The notes beneath the pieces are model-generated. The model worked only from the letters and a program-made list of their open reading frames with translations, was not told the DNA's origin and searched no databases. 64,000 nucleotides of DNA. Origin: an uncultured Chloroflexia bacterium (GTDB lineage Bacteria; Chloroflexota; Anaerolineae; CG2-30-64-16). Where the stretch lies: assembly GCA_963810095.1 (NCBI GenBank), contig CAWEMM010000006.1, forward strand, positions 416,001-480,000. Reading direction: 5' to 3'. Below are positions 61,332 to 64,000 of this stretch, one piece after another. The position numbers were made by a program, and so were the translations under genes. The stretch's first letter is position 1. Each line of letters starts with the position of its first letter.

Positions 61332-62893
61332 ATGAAGAAACCTTTTGTGAATGAACCGCTGACCGACTTCGGCGTGGAGGCAAACGCGCAAGCGTTTCAG
61401 GCCGCGCCTCGACAAGGTACGAACGACCTTCGGCCGTGCGTACCCGCTCATCATCGGCGACGAGAAGATCTTTACCGACGACGTGTTGGAAAGCCGCAAT
61501 CCTGCCCAACCTTCCGAGATCGTCGGGCGGGTCAGCCAGGCGACGCCCGAGTTGGCCGACCGCGCAGTGCGTGAAGCGGCCCGGGCGTTCGAACACTGGA
61601 AGCGCATTTCATATTCGGAACGCGCCCGCTACCTCTTCCATGCGGCAAAGATCATGCGCGAGCGGAAGCACGAGTTTAGCGCGCTCGATGGTTTTCGAGG
61701 CCGGCAAGCCGTGGGTCGAGGCCGATGCGGACACCGCGGAAGCGATCGACTTCATGGAGTTCTACGGCCGCGAGATGTTGCGGTTGGGCGAGCCGCATCC
61801 TACCTATCCCGAGCCGAACCACGAGACCGAACTGCACTACATCCCCCTGGGCGTCGGCATCGTCATCCCGCCCTGGAACTTCCCGTGTGCAATCATGACG
61901 GGCATGACCACCGCGACCATCGTAACCGGCAACACCGCGGTACTCAAACCGGCCAGCGCCACGCCGGTCATCGCGGCCTGGCTGGCGGAGCTCTTTGTCG
62001 ACGAACTGCACCTGCCTGCGGGCGTGCTGAATTACCTGCCGGGTCCGGGCGGATCGGTGGGCGACGTGCTTGTCGACCATCCGCTGACGCGCTTCATCGC
62101 GTTTACAGGCAGCAAGGAAGTGGGCATCCGGATCAACCAGCGGGCCGCGGCCGTGCAGCCGGGCCAGAGGTGGCTCAAACGCACGATCCTCGAGATGGGC
62201 GGCAAGGACGCGATTCTCGTGGACGAGACGGCGGATCTGGACGAAGCGGCCGCCGGCATCGTCTCGGCCGCGTTCAGTTACCAGGGACAGAAGTGTTCGG
62301 CCTGCTCAAGGGCGATCGTGGTCGACGAGGTGTATGACGAGATCGTGCAGAAAATCGTGGAACGGACCGCGACGCTCGATGTGGGCGATCCGGCACATGG
62401 CCCCGGGATCGAGATGGGTCCGGTGATCGACGAGAAGGCGCTGAAGAAGCACCTGGAGTACATCGAGATCGGCAAACGGGAAGGCCGGCTGTTGGCGGGC
62501 GGTGAGGCCGTTGCCAACCGGGCAGGCGGCTACTACCTGCAGCCGACCGTCATCGCGGACGTGCCGCCCGACGCGCGGCTGGCGCAGGAAGAGGTGTTCG
62601 GCCCGGTCCTGGCAGTGATCAGGGCAAAGGACTTCGTCGACGGCCTGAACATCGCCAACAGCACCGAGTACGGGCTGACGGGCAGTCTCTACTCGATGCG
62701 TCGCGATCGGTTGGAGTGTGTGCGCCAGGAGTTCCACGTCGGCAATCTCTATTTCAACCGCAAGTGCACGCACGCGCTGGTGGGGGTGCACCCGTTCGGC
62801 GGCTTCAACATGAGTGGGACCGACTCGAAAGCGGGCGGCAGCGACTACTTGCAGCTCTTTATGCAGGCGAAGGTCGTCAGCGAGAAGCTGTGA
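61332..62893 (+). CDS. pruA: L-glutamate gamma-semialdehyde (P5C) dehydrogenase (apparent indels near 61410 and 61685)
   Basis: [59 protein letters not shown]. Confidence 0.92.
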
Positions 62894-62909
62894 CCGGGAG
62901 CGACGAGAA

Positions 62910-63689
62910 TCAAGGGCTCGGCTGATCCTGCTGCACAGGGATGGCGGTCAGATCGCCGTCGACTTCGAGCAGGAAAACGGCGATCCAGGCGTTCTTGATC
63001 TTGTCGTTGCTGATCTCGAGCCAGTCGCCCCCGCCGGTGCGCCCGATTGCAGTGAAGGTGTCGCCCGGCGCGGCGGTGGCGACGCGGGGGTAACTGGTAC
63101 CGGGGCCGCTGCGGAGGTTAGCATCTCGCTTGACGCGTACATGTACTGACTGGCGTGCGGCTTCGAGACTGACCGGCTGCCTCTGCGACTCCGCAGAGCC
63201 GGGCGCCCGGGCCGCCACGTCGAGCTTTGAGCGGCAGAAGTCGACCCGCTCCTTAACCTCGTCGAAAGGGCCCTTGTCCAGGTTGTTGATGCCCTGCAAA
63301 ACGTAGGCAGTAAGCGACTGGCAGGCCTCTGCGGCACGCACTGTCTCGGCGTGCTGTGCCTGTTCGTCGGCGGGCGGAGAGAGCCCTTCGATCTGGCGAT
63401 AACCGAGTTCGGTCAGGGTTGCCAGGTTGATCGCTTGGCTGCGCCAGGCATCGTCCAGATAGCGGGGCTCGGCCAGGAGCGCCGACAGTTGATCGAGCGA
63501 GTCGCGGAGTGCGTACATGGCCCCGGCCATCTGTAGTGCATACGTGTTGGGCGAGGTGGTCGGCCGGGCGCGGACCAGGGAGGTGGCGGATTCGGCCTGG
63601 CTAGCGCCCGCGCAGCCGGCAAGCACAGTTACCAGGGTTATGCCTGCAGCCAGTGTGCCGGCACGCCGCACCCATCTGCACCGTGACAC
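62910..63689 (-). CDS. Lipoprotein with C-terminal bacterial SH3 domain
   Basis: Lipobox LAGC; ANLRSGPGTSY...W. Confidence 0.8.
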   Translation of the reverse strand: MSRCRWVRRAGTLAAGITLVTVLAGCAGASQAESATSLVRARPTTSPNTYALQMAGAMYALRDSLDQLSALLAEPRYLDDAWRSQAINLATLTELGYRQIEGLSPPADEQAQHAETVRAAEACQSLTAYVLQGINNLDKGPFDEVKERVDFCRSKLDVAARAPGSAESQRQPVSLEAARQSVHVRVKRDANLRSGPGTSYPRVATAAPGDTFTAIGRTGGGDWLEISNDKIKNAWIAVFLLEVDGDLTAIPVQQDQPSP

Positions 63690-64000
63690 AGGAACGACCT
63701 TCCACTTCTACGCGTGTTGGCAACGGCACAGCCAATCGGCAAGGCCAGGGCAATGTTAGCAGGAGTGCATGACGCTGCCATCTGCGCTTTGTCGGATCAT
63801 GTACAAGACCTTCGTATCGTAGCGGGCAAGCGTCGCAGCTGCCGGGGTTGGACGGGCCGATCATACTCAGTTTCACGGGCGGTACGCCGGGCAGGTATCG
63901 AGGATGAGCAAAGTTCGATCCGCGGATATAGACGACCTGGTGCGTCGCGAGCGCCGGTGGCACGAGGAGAACGACCACAAGCGCTCGTGGCTCTCCGCGT

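Overview
GC-rich bacterial DNA whose gene content, lipoprotein style and REP-like repeats suggest Chloroflexota (Anaerolineae/Caldilineae-like; inference). Many genes carry single-base frameshifts that look like long-read indel errors. The backbone encodes transporters, hydrolases, a cytochrome P450, a DUF2207/YccF/SPFH membrane operon, a thiolase, a GH38 mannosidase, a complete galactitol-class PTS operon, a partner-switching module, gpmA, fdhD and a P5C dehydrogenase. The main feature is a ~16.3 kb integrative element (37606-53943). It is bounded by two identical full-length tRNA-Arg(CCT) genes and encodes a compact Xer-type tyrosine recombinase without an arm-binding domain. Its ~60 bp inverted end sequences each contain two NrdR-box-like palindromes 30-31 bp apart. 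Inside are small stand-alone cargo genes, three decayed 3' ends of a second tyrosine-recombinase family each placed directly before a cargo gene, and degenerate integron attC-like hairpins. Together these suggest a gene-accretion platform. Separately, a 129 bp palindromic repeat is read in frame inside the P450 gene.
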